From Narcine bancroftii (lineage: Eukaryota), in assembly GCF_036971445.1 (NCBI RefSeq), contig NC_091473.1, positions 205,096,001-205,160,000 on the forward strand: 64,000 nt of DNA, given 5' to 3'. Of this stretch, positions 63,104 to 64,000 are shown in pieces. A program made the translations under genes and the position numbers. The stretch's first letter is position 1, and every line of letters begins with the position of its first letter. The notes under the pieces are model-generated. The model searched no databases. It saw nothing but the letters and a program-made list of their open reading frames with translations, and was not told the origin of the DNA.

Positions 63104-63664
63104 GTCGCTCCTCGCCATTCTAATGAGAGAGAAACAAGTCCAGTCTCAAAAGAGATTTTTCAGCATCCGACGTGAGTTTGCGACCTTGTGTGGGGTGAGC
63201 ATTTGGAAAATTTCTTTCTTCCGAATTGAAGCCGAGCATCATGTTGCTCCTGAAGATTGGGCAGAATCTTAGGGCCGATCTGCCAGCTGAGACAGATTGG
63301 TCAACAAGTGTCGCGCGGGTGCAGTACGGTCCAGCGGTGTTCACTCATTGTGCTTTGTTACAGGGGCCAGTGCGAATGATTCAGTGACACAAAGACCGCC
63401 GGAAATGATAGTCGATGAAGGGCAGTTTGTGGAACTGAACTGTAGTTACTCGATGACAACCTACGCTTATTTTTGGTACATTCAAAATCCCGGAAAATCT
63501 CCAAAATATTTGCTGAAAATCCAACTGTCAGGAGACGTGTTTCCTTCTCGCGATTGTCCTGAGAGGATATCGGGTTCCTTAGAGAAAACGAGCCAGAGAT
63601 TCCACCTTAATATCTCACAAATCCGCGTGGATGATTCCGCCGTGTATCTCTGCGCCGTGGAGCT
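62837..63664 (+). CDS. T-cell receptor alpha/delta-type V gene segment, apparently intact (leader 62837-62882; V exon 63364-63664)
   Basis: Leader MAVLCFLPILLVVWT-G|GTGAG. V exon DSVTQ..EGQFVELNCSYS..WYIQNPGKSPKYLL..DSAVYLCAV. Confidence 0.9.
63051..63102. repeat. (CT)n microsatellite in V leader intron
   Basis: CT run. Confidence 0.95.
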
Positions 63665-63702
63665 CACGCTGTTCCAGGGCGGCGGGGATCTGCACAAAAA
63701 CT
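63665..63702 (+). other. RSS (CACGCTG-22 bp-ACAAAAACT)
   Basis: Heptamer/nonamer after the V exon; spacer counts 22 nt. Confidence 0.85.
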
Positions 63703-64000
63703 CACCTCGAAAATTGTCATCACGCGCGGTGGCTTGGGGGCGCTCTCGGTCCCCAGAAGCCAGTTCTGTCAGTCAGATTAATAGAAGGGTGAAATCAACG
63801 CCGAGGTGCTGGAGATTTTCCCTCATCTTGCGTTTCTTTTTCTCTGCATCCGTTTCGTTTCTTTGAGGTTGAAGGTAGGATGACAGCGAGGGAGAAAAAG
63901 TGAACAGCTGTTTCCCAGAATATAGTGGGAAAAGGGAAGTTGTGTTTTTGTGATGGAAATTGAGAAGTTGATAAAGGCGGGGTGGGTAGGGCAAGAGCGT

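Overview
Eukaryotic (vertebrate) genomic DNA. The repeat content and V-gene style suggest a cartilaginous fish (shark/ray); this is inference. Two gene systems sit head-to-head. (1) Minus strand: the 5' part of a TEP1 (telomerase/vault-associated protein 1) gene. It has a putative CpG-rich promoter and non-coding exon near 47.5 kb, then 20 coding exons from 43397 to 4488. I joined these by hand into a phase-consistent 2936-nt open frame covering the N-terminus, TROVE, VWA-like and DUF4062 regions. The NACHT/WD40 exons are not seen and presumably lie left of the window. (2) Plus strand, 56.6-64 kb: the edge of a T-cell receptor alpha/delta-type V-segment array. It holds two apparently intact leader+V+RSS genes, one frameshifted V whose leader is missing beyond an L1 insertion, and three eroded V pseudogenes that still show 23-bp-spaced RSS. 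Introns and the spacer are dense with RTE, CR1, L1, Rex-like and Penelope-like retroelements, solo LTRs, hAT elements, tRNA-type SINEs, minisatellites and long purine/pyrimidine tracts. Most notable: the TEP1/TCR-V adjacency, an extra cysteine in this V family, a twin-primed RTE inside a solo LTR inside a minisatellite, and a duplicated TEP1 splice acceptor inserted in a Penelope relic. All alignments and family calls were made by eye; no searches were run.
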